Assembly: GCA_977017645.1 (NCBI GenBank)
Contig: OZ360229.1
Location: 111,910,001 to 111,974,000 of the forward strand
DNA from: Torpedo marmorata
Taxonomy: Eukaryota
Length of the DNA stretch: 64,000 bases
Direction of reading: 5' to 3'
In this document: positions 37,401 through 51,128 of the stretch, in pieces
Layout: every line of letters begins with the position of its first letter
Numbering within the stretch: position 1 is the stretch's first letter
The notes under the pieces: generated by a model
Told to the model about the DNA's origin: nothing
The model's input: the letters and a program-made list of their open reading frames with translations, nothing else
Databases searched by the model: none
Made by a program: the position numbers and the translations under genes

Positions 37401-40400
37401 TCCGCAGTTTTAAAATTAACTGAAAAAATAGGCCTTTTTTCGTGGCATTTTGGACTAAACCAGGTTATAACTATATTTGCATCGGTTGGTTGATTCTTTC
37501 CCTTGGGCTTCAAAGCCTTTTGATCAACAAATAAAAGGAAATTTCAGAGCTCAAGCAATGATCCAGATCTTGTCATGGTGAACTTGGTAAAGTTAGTGAA
37601 GATAATGACCAATCTTCATTGCTGAGTGCTTTTAGCATGAAGTTTACTGAAGAATATTTCTCTGACTCATAGCAAAACATTTTAATAGTGAAACATAGAT
37701 CAGGCCATCAAACAAAAAATACTACTTTCTTGGTTATTATTTTTCATTACCTCATTCTAGCCTAGATTTTCCCCCAGAAATGTTGACTGTCCTGTTTCTG
37801 ATGGACAATTCTTTCACAAGAGATCACCAAAGTTAATTCATTCATCCAGCTTTATTTCATGTGCAAACTTCAACAGCAAATAGAGGCTCAGTTCCAGAAG
37901 ATATAAAATACAAACAAGTTATCCTTTAGAACTGTCCACATGCATGGACCTAAGAATCTAAGGACCTGTTTCCAAGAATTTTGTCCATATTAAGTTCTGC
38001 AAAATTGGATGTAATTTTCTCAGCTGCTGTAAACTGACTACAGTAAAAGTCCAAAATTCCAGATGCCAGAAATCCGGACCGCTCAAGAATCCGGACTTCT
38101 TGAAAACTCTTGGCTTTTGTGTGCGTGCGTAAGCATCACAGATGTACAGCAGCAACAAGTCTGTTCTGACTCAATGTCAGTGAGTTAATAAGGCATTAAA
38201 AACTCGTCATTATTACAAATGCATGGTTAAACCTCTTTACCTTAATTGTCATTGTTATTTTTCATAGATGGTAATTATTCACTGCTGTCAGTCCATGCTA
38301 TAAGTCCAACACATTGTATTTTTTCAATTCTGCATTTTATCTGAGTATTTGCAGAAGAGAAATACTATATTGTTTAATTTCTCTACCAACACAATACATT
38401 AATAATGAGTAATATTCACACAAAATGACCATGCATCAACATTTAAATGATTAAACCTATTAATTAATTGCTTGGGATATATTCAATATCTCTTCCTGCA
38501 CCCAACTCCCGAGAAAGGTAAAGAAAAAAACTGATCCCTCAATAGAAGTTTACTTTAAAGTTGATCTGCATGTTACTCAGTACCACAGTAACTTTAAAAT
38601 CATCTAAATTATTAATGTATGTCCTTTCCATCCTCTTCTACATAAAATGGAAAAGTTGAGGCATACAAAGTTGAGAACACCGGTTGCGAGAGGAGTTGAC
38701 TGTCCACCAACATACAATATTCAGTTGCAAAGTTCCAATGTAGTTACATTAGTTTCAATTTTTACATTTAGAAAGGCCCTTCACAAATCTTTTTTTTTTT
38801 TTTTGCAATGCACCGTTTGAATGTTCAGCAACTCACTTCCTATTTGTGATTTGGAGACCAAATCCAACTCAACACCAAACTCCAGAGACTCACAATTAAA
38901 CATCCAAATTAAAATTGCCTACTGGCTGGTAAAACAGTTTCTTAACTTAGCGTTCGAGAGAAATGGTGGATATATATCAAAATATGGGATTGTATTCACT
39001 TCGATCCCAATTGTGACATGTGCATATAATTGGCAATCATGAATAATGTTGGTTTAATTCTTTAAAACAAAAGTATGCAAACATCATATCTAAACTTCTT
39101 CAGACATTCAAAATACACACTGAAAAATCAAAACTGCTTTGATAAAGGTCTTATTTTGAAATTATAGGATGTAATTTTTGATGAACTACAGTCATTCTCC
39201 ATTTATCAAATATCTAAATCAATTCAGGACTTCAATTTTGAAAGCAATCAATTTAATCTTCAATTATTTCTGATCACGACACACACCAAAAATCTCTGTA
39301 CATTTTCCACCAATATATCATGGAAAATCATGTCCAACAAACTTGATAGAATTTTTTGAAGAGGTAACAAAAGCGTAGATGAGGATAAGGCAGTTGACGC
39401 TATTTATATTGAATTTTGTAAAGGATTTGATAAGGTCCCACTTGGCAGGATAGGGCACGCGGGATAGGAGGCCAACCAGCAAACTGAATTTAAAAAATGT
39501 CTAAGTGACTGGAGTCAGAGTGGTTGTAGAGGTCAATATTTTAGACTGGAGGACTGCGACTAGTGGAGTTCCTCCAGCATTTACTGACAGATCATCAGAG
39601 ATGTCCTCCTTTTCAAACAACATGGCTTTCCCTCTACTACCATCAACTTGGCCCACACCCGCATATCCTCCATTACCCACAGATCTGCCCTGGCCACCTC
39701 AAGGACAGGATTCCCCTGGTCCTCACTTACCACCCCACCAGCCTCCGTGTCCAACATATCCTCCTCCACCATTTCCTCCACCTCCCACGTGATCCCACTA
39801 CCAGACACATATTCTCCTCTCCTCTCTGCCTTCTGCAGGGATTGCTCTCTCCGTGCTTCCCTCATCCATTTCTCCCTACCCCACCAATTGTCCCCTTGGC
39901 ACCTAATCTTGTGACCACAGGAGATGCTCCACCTGCGTCCACACCACCATTCGGGGCCCCAAACAGTCCTTCTAAGTGAAGCAACACTTCTAAGTGAAGC
40001 CAGACTGAGACCACCCACAAATTGGAGGAAAAACCCCTCATCTTCTGTCTGGACACCCTCCAAACAGATGTCATTAACATCGACTTCTCGGTTTCCATTA
40101 GAAATCACACCCCAACCCCCTATATTCATCCCCTGTTTCCTTTCCTCTAGTTCTGTCACTCTCTTCCCTTTTCCCTCTGTGTCTTTTCACAGTGCCAAAA
40201 TCAATTCTCACTTTACCTCTTATCATATCCAATTAGTTTTAGTTTTTTATGGTTTTATTTAGTTTTAAAAAACCTTTAGTTTTTTGGTCTGGATTCCTTT
40301 CCCTCCCATTCTTCCCTCTTTCTCTTCCAATCTTTATTCTGACACCTGCCTGCTTTTGATTATACCTTGAAGAAGGTCTCAGGTCCAAAATGTCAGTAAT

Positions 40401-43400
40401 ATATCTTTACCTCCTATGGATGCTGTGAGACTGGCTGAGTTCCTCCAGCATTTACTGTGTTTTTACTGATTCGGTACTAGGGTTCGGTACTAGCTTGCTT
40501 TTTGTATTATTCAAAAATAATTTGGACAAGGATATTTGTTGCAAGGTGTGCAAGTTTGCTGATGACATGAAAATATGTGCTACAGTGGACAGTTAAGTAA
40601 TTTACCTGGGTTTGCAATGGTGTCTAGATCAGATGTGTAACTAGGCTAAGGAATGGCAGATGCAGTTTAACTCAGAGAAGTGTGATGTTCTGCATCGGGG
40701 CAAATCAAATCAGGGCAGGACTTACTGTTTTAACAGCAGAGCTCCAAAGAGTGTTAGGTACTAGGGGGACCAAGGGGTGCATCTTTAACAATGGCAGCAC
40801 ATGTAAACAGAGTAGTGAAGAGAGTATGTAGGATATTTGCCTTCATCATTTGCGGGAATTAATACACGTGTTGGGACATCATGTTGAAGGTATGTTGGCA
40901 AGGTCACCTAGCTATAGGAAGATTTACAAAGCTGTTACCAGAATCAGGGAATTTGAGTTATAATGGGAAACTAGAAAAGTTAGGCCTGTTTTAATTACAT
41001 CATAGGAGGTTGAGAGGGGATCTTATTGATGTCATGAGAGACATAGAAAAGATGAATCGTGACAGTCTGTTTTTGATAGTAGGAGAACCTAAGACAGGAT
41101 GGCATAACTATAAAGGCAAGAGGCTGGATTTAAAAGGGACTTCTTCAATATGAGGGTGGTGAGCACATGGAACGAGCTGCCAGATAAAGTTGAAGAGACA
41201 GGTACATTAGCTTATTTTAAGAAACACGGACAATTACATGGATGGGAGGGGCTTGGAGGTGCATGGGCCTCATGCAGGCAAGTGGAACTAAAGCAGGAGG
41301 GCACATTGTTTGGGCCGGTTTCCATGCTGCAAGACTCATTATTGCCAATATTGGCATTTACATTCCATAAAATCTGCCTCTAATCAGAGATCTTGTTTAA
41401 GAGTCAACCATACAGGTGGGTTTGGTGGTCACAGAGAGGCCTGAGTGGATAAAGGTGGCAAATGTTTCTTTTATTTTTTCCAGTGTTTGTATGACAGTAC
41501 TAAAGGCAATGAACTCCTTTCTTGAGCTACTACAGCCATTCTGGTGAAGATACTTCCAGAATGCTATCGTGCAAGAGTTCCAGGATTAACAGCCAGCAAC
41601 ACTTTAGAAAGGCTGATACATTTTCAAGTCCAGATCGTGTACAACTTGTGGAGGAGACTGCAGGTGGCAATGTTTCTATTTAATGCAAAACCGTGCCCTT
41701 ATTGGCAGTAGAAGTTGGGGATTTGAGAAGTGCTGCAAGACTTCTGGTGCTGCATTTAGATAGTGCCCACTGCAGTCACTATGTGCCAGGGCTGGAATAA
41801 ATTAATGGTTTGAGTTGTGGATGGGGTTTCAATCAAGCAGGCGATTTTTCCTGGATGGTTTTGAGTTCTGACAGTTTTTGGAGGGAAACTCATTGAACCA
41901 GGTGGAGACCATTCCATTATTCTGACATGTTTTAGTGGAAAGGCTTTGAGAGCATCATCAGAGGTTTCCCAGCTCTGACCTTGACTGTTTTTTTTATTAT
42001 ATATATATATAAAAGGAATCACATTCTTATATAGTTCTGGGAGAATACAGGAACCAGATGTCATTTTTGTCAAGGATGGCATGACTGCAGTCATTAATAT
42101 TTCCATTCACTTCAAAGAAAACATCAAATCTCTGGGGACCACATATTTTGAAAAGGCCAAGAAACATTGCTACCTTGAAGTTACTACAAGGGACTATTGT
42201 AAAATTGCCACAGAAAGTGTTTATATTATCATGTTGAGAAGGATACAGTTCCCAGAGAAGGAGTTTGTGGTGGACTTCAGTGTTTATCTGGCTGATCCAG
42301 TCAATAGTAATCTGACAGTTTCTTAATTTTGCTGGTATTTGTGATGGGAATGCCACTGAATACAAAAAGTAGGTGGTCCTTGCCTGGAATTTTGGAGCTG
42401 CACATGTAACTTGGAGATCAGTTCATGCCCAGCATTGGCTTTGTCCTGCTGCATGGACTGGTTCATTTACTGAGAGAAGCAAATACAATTGCAATCTTGA
42501 GCATTCACCCACTTCTGACCTCGTGATGAGAAGGATGGTCATTCATGCAGTTGAAGGTGGTTGGATCAAGAACACTGAAGAACTCCTGCAGTGAAAGTAT
42601 TTGTCTGACTTGATGGACCTCCAACAACCATCTTCCTCTGGATTAGTCTTTGACTACAATCATTGGGTCATTTGCCTTTTAAGATTCCACAACCCATCTT
42701 TTTCTTTTTTAAATCTCTTTATTAATTTCATAAAATCATGGATATAACAGTTCATTCACTATATACGTGTACAGAAAAAAAAGCAAAGAAAAGCATTATC
42801 ACATGTTCCATTAATCCATCCATTACAGAGTATACATTACAGATATAATACTAAATTGTAAAGAAAAAAAAATGATATATAATACCAATAGGTATAAAAA
42901 GAACCAAGCCACAAAAAAAAGATAATATAGTAATTTCATCATAGTACATTTTTTTATAAAAGCTAAAGCAATCTAAACTGGCCTACCTCCTACCCCACCC
43001 TAGAATTGCACTGACCTGTAGAAATAAAAACTTCAAATCATGAGGAATCATGAACTCTGATAATAGTCGATAAAGGAACCCCAAATATTAGTAAATTTTA
43101 GGTTTAATTTAATATTTGAACATCTAATCTTTTCTAATGTTAAATAGGTCATTAAACTTGATAGCTAATCTTCATATATAGGAGGATTACCATCCTTCCA
43201 TTTTAGCAAGATCTGTCACCTTGCAACCAGAGATGAAAAAGCAATCACATATTTTTGATTATTAGTAAGATCATGATTACTAGGATCATTTATACCAAAT
43301 ATTGCTATAAATGGATTTGGATCTAATTGAGTAGTTAAAACCAAAGAAAAAGTACAAAAAATTTTGTTCCAAAATCTAACTAACTTAGGGCACAACCAAA

Positions 43401-45766
43401 ACATGTGAAATAATGTACCTTCATGAACATTACATCTATCACACATAGATGATATAATTAATGAAAATTTAGACAGTAAAGGTTTCGAGTAATGAGCTCT
43501 ATGAACTACTTTGAATTGAATTAAATTATGTCTTGCACATAATGAAGAGGTATGGATATGGTCCAAAATATTGGACCACACTGAAGGTGAAAAAACTTCT
43601 TAAAAAATCTTTCCCAAGCCTCCTTTATTTTATCCACATGCTGTATCACATTTTCTTTTGAAAGGTTATAAAATACTGACAATGGTTTTGGTATATCAGG
43701 AGTGATAGTAAAAAATCTTTTCTATGATTACTAACTTTAAATCTAAAGGAAACTCCAATCTCAAGGAATTTATAAAATTCCTAACTTGAAAGTATCTAAA
43801 ATAATTGTTTCTAGATAAGTTGTACTTATTAACCAACTGTTCAAAAGTAATAAAATTAGAATCTATAAACAAGTTTTTAAATGAACATATACCGTGATCT
43901 TCCCAAATATGGAACCCTCTATCCCCACTTGCTGGGGTAAAAAAGGTATTGAAATTTATTGTACTATCAAGCAAGAAATTAAGGAAATTATTTGCTTTTC
44001 TGAATTGGAACCATATTTTTAACGTTTGTTTAACTATCTTGTTATTAGAAATTTTGGAATATTTAAAGGGTTCCTAATATAGATACTAACGGATGTTTAC
44101 CTATAACCTTCATTTCTGATTTCATCCATTTAAATCTTTCTTCATAATTCTTAAAAAGTATCCAAATATTAATAAATTTAATGTTAGCAGCCCAATAATA
44201 ATTCCTGAAATTAGGTAAAGCAAAACCACCCTTGTGGTTTGTCATTTTGTAGTACTTCCTTTCTTACTCTTGGTCTTTTACCATTCCAAATAAAGGACAA
44301 AATTAAAGAGTCTATTTGATCAAAAAATACTTTAGGGAGAAATACTGGAAGTGCTTGGAATACATACAAAAATTTAGGTAAAATAATCATTTTTATAATG
44401 TTTATATGACCAATTAATGACATAATTAACGGAGACCACCCTTTAGTTAAATTTTTAACTTTATTCAATAGAGGAAGAAAATTATCTTTATATAGGTGAT
44501 CAAATTTCACTGTAATGTTAACCCCAATATATATTAAATATTTTTAAACTACCTTAAAAGGAACCTGAAATGGTAGTACATGAGGTGATTTTATCACCAT
44601 TAATTCGCTTTTACCTAAATTCAATTTATATCCCGATAAACTTCCAAATCTATCCAGTAATTGTAAAATCACTGGAACAGAGTTTTTAGGATCTGAAACA
44701 AAGAGCAGCAGATCATCTACATATAATGATACTTTATTTTCCATTCCCTCTCTTACGATACCTGTAATATTTTCTGATTGTTTAACTGCCAATGCTAATG
44801 GTCCCAAAGCAATGTCAAATAATAATGGGCTTAGTAAAAATCCCTGTCTCGGCCCTCGGGATAAATTAAAAGGCAATGATTTCATTGAATTTGTAACAAC
44901 CCTAGCCAGTGGTGAAGCATAGATTATCTTAATCCAATTAATAAATTTTGGTCCAAAATCAAATTTCCCCAAAACCGTAAACAGGTAATTCCACTCCACC
45001 CTATCAAAGGCCTTCTCAGCATCTAATGAAATTACACTTTCAAAGGGAGTCTGCACTGGAGAATATACTATATTTAACAACCTCCTTATGTTGTACTGTA
45101 TATGTCTTCCTTTAATAAAACCTGTCTGATCTTCCAAGATAATTAAAGGCATAATTTTTTTCAATTCTTTGTGCCAATATCTTGGATAATATTTTAGCAT
45201 CAACATTAAGTAAAGATATTGGGCAATATGAGGCACAGTCTAATGGGTCCTTATTCTTTGTTAAAATCAATGAAATAGAGGCTTCATAAAAAGTTGGAGG
45301 TAATTTTCCTTTATTGAACATTTCAACTAAAGTGGTATTTAAATAAGGAATTAATAAATCTGCAAAAGTTTTATAAAATTAAACTGGAAACCCATCAGGA
45401 CCAGGTGTCTTTCCAGATTGTAGCTTACAAATTGCTTCCGCTATCTCTTCAGAGGTTATGGCTTTCTCCAGAGTCTCTCTTAACTCTATTGGCAGAGAAG
45501 GAATATCCAGTTCATTTAAGAACCTATGAATTGCCTCATTGGGTTCCGTAACTTCTGAACTATAAAGTTTGAAATAATACATGCGGAAGGTTTCATTAAT
45601 TTCTTCCAAATCTAATGTTTTTGTCCCATCTTCCTTTCTAATCTCAGATATCATTTGTTTAACATAATTATGTTTAGTCTGATTTGCTAGTAATTTCCCC
45701 ACTTTCTCACCATGTACATAGTAGTTTGACTTAATTTTAAGCAAATATGATTCAATCGGATATGTT
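34491..45766 (+). repeat. 11,276-bp tandem segmental duplication, copy 2
   Basis: See copy 1; one substitution noticed (A32603 vs T45600). Confidence 0.98.
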
Positions 45767-47296
45767 AATAATAAAACATGTTGTGTCTTCAATTCCATCC
45801 TTTATTTAAATAAATGTGGATTCTGTGAACCAGCAATTTGAAGATCTATTAATTTAATCTGGTTCGCTAATCTATCTTTTTCTATATTGGCTTTCTTTTT
45901 CAAGTTGGCCATAAAAGAAATAATCCGACCTCTAATATATGCTTTAAATGCATCCCATACCATTAATTCCGATACTCCATTCCCTGAATTAACTTGAAAA
46001 AACGTAACTATATGCTCCTTAATCATAGTCAAAAATTCAGGGTTATTCAAAACCAAAGTGTTGAGACGCCACTGTGTGGTACGATTTGGTATGTCCACGA
46101 CCTTCAAAGCCAGTTCAACAGGTGCATGATCCGAAATTAGAATTGTGTTATATTGTAGCGGCCCGCGTCCTACTCCACAGGCCGATACAGGGAGCCGTGT
46201 TCGAACACGGCGATCGCGCAGGCGGCACGTGATTCGGATGGCCCGTTCCCATAGGCCACAACAGCAAGGAGGGAACGGGCCAATCCCTAAGGATGGATCA
46301 TGGCCCGACCAATCCTGGGCTTCGTGCCTTAGGCCACGCCCCATCCGTGACGCAGCAGGCAGGCTCGGCCCGCCTATAAAAGGCAGAGCTGACGGCAGAA
46401 TAGGCAGTTCTGTCTTGACGCTCGGAGGGTGTGCATCTCTCTCCTGAGCTCCAGAACTAGATTGACGACCAACTCGACACGCAGAGCTATAACCGTAGGG
46501 ACGCGCTACAGTATTTTGAATATTCCACCGTAGGCACTAAACATTTATCAATCAAAAAATAATCAATTCTAGTATAAGAACGATGAACATTAGACAGGAA
46601 GGAAAAATCCTTATCTGTTGGGTTCAGATATCTCCATATATCAATTACACCAGTCGGAAATAAAAAGGAATTAATTGTCTGTGCTGAATTACTTAACTTA
46701 GCAGTTTTAGTGGAGGAGTGGTCCATTACTGGATCTAACCAACAGTTTAAATCACCACTGATAATCAAAGAATATACATATAAATCTGGCAGAAGGGCAA
46801 ATAGTTCTTTAAAAAATTTTGGATCATCAATATTCGGTCCATATATATTTAGAAACACAAGATTTTTTATTGATTTTCCCAGAAAGAATAATGTAACGAC
46901 CCCTCTCATCGAATATAACTTCATGTTTAGCAAAACTTAATGCATTCTTCAACAAAATAGCCACTCCTCTAGTTTTAGTTTCAGACGTGGCAGTAAACAC
47001 TTGTCCTTTCTAGAACTTTTCTATTCTAAAAACATCTACATTCTTTAAATGAGTTTCTAGTAAAAATATTATATCAGAATCAAGCTTTTAAATGTGTGTA
47101 TATACCTTCTGAAGTTTAATTACTGAGCTTAGCCCAGAAACATTCCAAGATAAAAGCTTAAAAGTTTAGACATAATAATTCTTGTAAAACGATAAGGCTT
47201 TCCACAGAGAAAGAATCCCTATGGTAACCACCAATAGGAGTCAGAATCTCAGTGCAACTCTTATTCCACCCACTAAAGCTAAAAGCAATACTACCG
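42699..47296 (-). mobile_element. L1-clade LINE family B: full-length but decayed ORF2 (APE endonuclease + RT), no ORF1
   Basis: ORF2 starts about 47173; NIYGPN, GDLN, YTRIDYFL, SDHAPV motifs; 12-bp TSD CCACAACCCATC at 42687-42698 and 47297-47308. Confidence 0.92.
46154..46510. mobile_element. Solo LTR (357 bp), probably Gypsy-type, inserted in the L1-B endonuclease region
   Basis: TGTAGCG...CGCTACA termini; ATAT/GTAT 4-bp flanks; internal TATAAAAG at 46376; removing it restores the L1 frame EYSKYNTILISDHAPV. Confidence 0.85.
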
Positions 47297-50200
47297 CCAC
47301 AACCCATCAAATGCTGACTTGACATGAATGGCGATCAATTTCACCTTGCCTTTAAAACTCAGCTCTCTGGTCCAAACCTGTGGTGAGGTATAAAGCTGAG
47401 TGATGTTCACAAAACTTAAATATGGACAGAAGTAAGCAGGTTATTGGTGAGTTTGAAAACATTTGGCAATACCTTCCATTATTTAACTGACATTGAGAAC
47501 AGTGTGATGTGCCGGATTTTGTAGAAGTGACTTTGTCCTGCTTTTGTAAACAGGATGCACGTGTCCAATGTTCGTATTGTTGAGTAGATGCTTATGTTGC
47601 AGCAGCACTGGAATAGTTTGGCTGAAGTAGTAGTTATTGTCTGCTCCAACAGCCTTTGCTCTATTAAACACTCTCAATCTTTTCTTGTTATGACATGAAT
47701 TGAATCGAATTGGCTGCATACCGGCTTCTGTGATCATGGGGATCTCAGGTGGAAGCAGGCATCGATCATTCATTTGGCTGTTATGGTTTGAACAAAGTTG
47801 TGAATGCTTCATCCACATCCTCATCACACATATACTGGACACAGCTATCTTTGAGTGTGCAGACACTTTTGAAGCCCCCTCTTCCACTACCATTCACAAT
47901 GATTTGAGGTAGGACATGGAGTTTTGATCTGATGCATCAGTTTTATGCTGGCTTCGCTTTATTGCATGCAATTTTTGCGATTTAATTTGCCTGTAGTCCT
48001 ATGTGGCAGATTTAGCAGGTTGGCACATCTCTATATACATCTAGTGCGACTCCCGGCATGCACATCTTCATTCCTCAGTGACCCACGGTTGATACCTTGG
48101 CTAAAAAAGAGAAGGCCTACCATGCTATCAAGCTAAACATTGAGGTGGTACATATGCTTTGTGACAGATAGCCACAAAGTCATGAATGCCCTCCTGTGAA
48201 CTGCCAGATGTTTTGACCTAGCCCCCTCTGTATGATTGTGGTGCCACAAAACACAAGAAAATCTTTGATATGCAAATTTACTTCCCAAAAAATACATTAA
48301 TGAACCAGATGGGCTTTTAGAACAATCCTGAAGCTCCATGTTCACTGTTACTTCGGCAAGCTTTGTATTTATTCCACATTATTTAATTACTTGAATTTAA
48401 ATTACCCAGCTGCAACAACGAGGTTCAAACTCGTGTCCAGTTCAATGGTCCAGAACTCGGGTTACTCATCTTGTAACAACCATTTCCCAACAATCCATTT
48501 TAAAGCTTGAATTGGAAAGCAGTTATTGAGTTGGCATTTAATACCGCAATTCTCTGTGCCTTAGAGCTTGCAATTCAACTACCTTGAAACATATTTCTCT
48601 TCATATGTCCAACAAAAACTTTTCCTTCCCCATTATTACTCATTCTTGGATTGCAGATTTTTTAAAACATTTCTCAAATGCCTTGATGTTGTATTTCTAT
48701 AATCTTTTGTTCAGACAAGAAGTCACAATCCAAACACAAGCTCAAAGATTTAACATCAAACATGTATCTTCAAAATCAAATGTTATTCATTGATTTACTG
48801 TTGGACTAATCCAACCACATCCAATGAGAGAATGCTAAATCTTTAATCCTTATACTCCAGCCATTTCATAACAATGCATTATTCCACTTCAATATGAATG
48901 TCAATTCTGTACATTGCAACCTTCTCATTGCTGTCAGTTAAATTTATGGACTAATTCTGACTGAACAGGGTGATTGCTTACTGCCAAGACTTGCTGCACA
49001 CATTCTCTGTATCTCCCACTCTGTAACCCACTCTCTCTTGTGTTTACAGCTATTATTTCAAAATAATATCCACCTCCTCTGGAGTTTTTCTTCTAGATTA
49101 GACCTCATATCTATCAACCTCAGTGATTTGCTAACTGTATCTCCAGGGACAGCATTTTCTTCCCTTTTATTTCCTGACCATTCTACCATTTTCCTCCTGT
49201 TAGGAGATTAAAAGATAACAGAAACTTCTTCACCTCAGTTATTGAGAGCTTGGATACTTTATTTGGGTGCACAAGGGCTTCGCTACATACAATGCCATTC
49301 AATCACTGAGGGATATGGGAAGAACACGATTCTCAAGAAACCTTTCAATGATGCAGCCATTCAAGTGCTCTTTTGTACTACCAATGTACACTAGCAAATG
49401 ATGTAAAGAATGCGGCAGATATATTATTATTTTGCACAATGCTTCTTCCTTAATGGAATCACAATCGTTTGGTAATTTAAATTTAGCTTAAAGCATCTCA
49501 TCAGGATGTTAGTGCAGTAAAACTAATAATCCACTATCCAATTATTCAGAAATGCTGATGGTTCAGCATCTGTCTCATCAGATGATGCTTCCCATACGCA
49601 TTTCACTCGGGCACCATTTCCCACACCATCTCACAGGAAAATTTATTATATCACTCTACATTATTAAAAAGTTAGACGTGGGCATGGATCCAATAGGAAT
49701 AATAACAAACAGTTTGCAAAATCTGCCAGCGCAGTCAAAGTCCCAAGGCTGCCAGTTTAATGGGGTTTTACTGTATACATCATGAGAAGCTGAATAGAAC
49801 ATACTTTGTCGGATGCGACCACTACAAGTCTCAAGCAATGTGACCTATTCTTTGTCAATCTAAGATGGGATATTATCCAGATTCTAGATCAGGTGATCGA
49901 AATGGATTCATTATCAGAGTAATTTTGACTGCAGTTGCAAGTCTCAGGAATTCAACAATTGAGCTATTTGCAACTTTTATTATGTCTGTTAAGAATGTAG
50001 GTAGCCAATCAGATTGGTGGTGAAGGTGAAGAATCAAACTGACTTTTGACAAAAGTCTTGTATGGAATATGGTGATGGTACGATTTGTGATAACTGCAAT
50101 TTACTCCAGAAAGGCATTAACCAAGAGTAATAATTTTGCTTAGAAGCTTCAGTTGGAATTAAATGAAGCTTTTATTGATGTTTTTACTTTTTCTTTGTTA

Positions 50201-51128
50201 AAAGAAAGAAGTAGTAAAGTGATGCAGAATTGGATGGGCATTATTTAAATGTTAGGGGTGGGAAAGAGAACGAGACTAGCGTTGTTAGCTGGAAGTGTAC
50301 TGGATGGGTGCTGGTGAAATTGTACACTAACCAGCATGGAGCGTAGAGGTTAGGAATTGAGCATCAAGATATTGGAGGGAATTAGCATAAGGTTGTACTG
50401 CAGAGAAGAGAGCTGGTTGGAAGATAATAGACACGTCATTTATTTCTTTTTGGGTCTCTTTATTCTGGGGATGAACTCAAAGACAATATTGTTGAAGAAA
50501 TACCCATTGTTGTGTTGTCTCAGTGCACCTGCAATGGTTTCTTACACAGAAATTAGATGAAGGGGCAGTCGTGACATAATCCCCACAGTGCCTAGTTGAA
50601 TTTCTGGTGATGAGCAGCGATATGGAAATAAGGGGGTGGGGGGAATTGATATTCAATTCCATATTATTCAAAAAAAATGCTACATTATTGGATTAATATC
50701 ATAATATGTTCAACTAAACATCCAACATTTTTAGCACCAAAATAGGTATGCAGCATCCTCATCTAAATCAACAGGCCTATTGGCAGCGATTGATTTTGAT
50801 GCTTCAAACCAAATTAATATGAAGGAATGGATTTTGAAGTCTTTTGCAGTCCCAAAACAGTGTAATCTTATTTTAGTAAGTATTTGGTTAATTGCTTAAT
50901 TAATAAAGCAATTCCCTGGAAAGATTAGTGTTTTTGGGTGACATAAATCAGTGCATCTACAAGGTATTAATGACCAATGGGACTTCAGTCCTCTCAATGA
51001 AAATTTGAGTCTTGGGTTCAACTGAACATCCAACACAAAAAAAAGAGTTTGCAAACAATAGTTAAATGGTTGCATACCATTTCAACTCAATTTCAACTCC
51101 CCTCCATATTCTCACAACAAGTTGCCCA

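Noticed and set aside
21494-45766. Giant LTR element, or duplication by unequal crossover between repeats
   Set aside because: No TG...CA ends or gag/pol, and the two breakpoints lie in unrelated elements (CR1 and L1-B), so there is no homology for unequal crossover.
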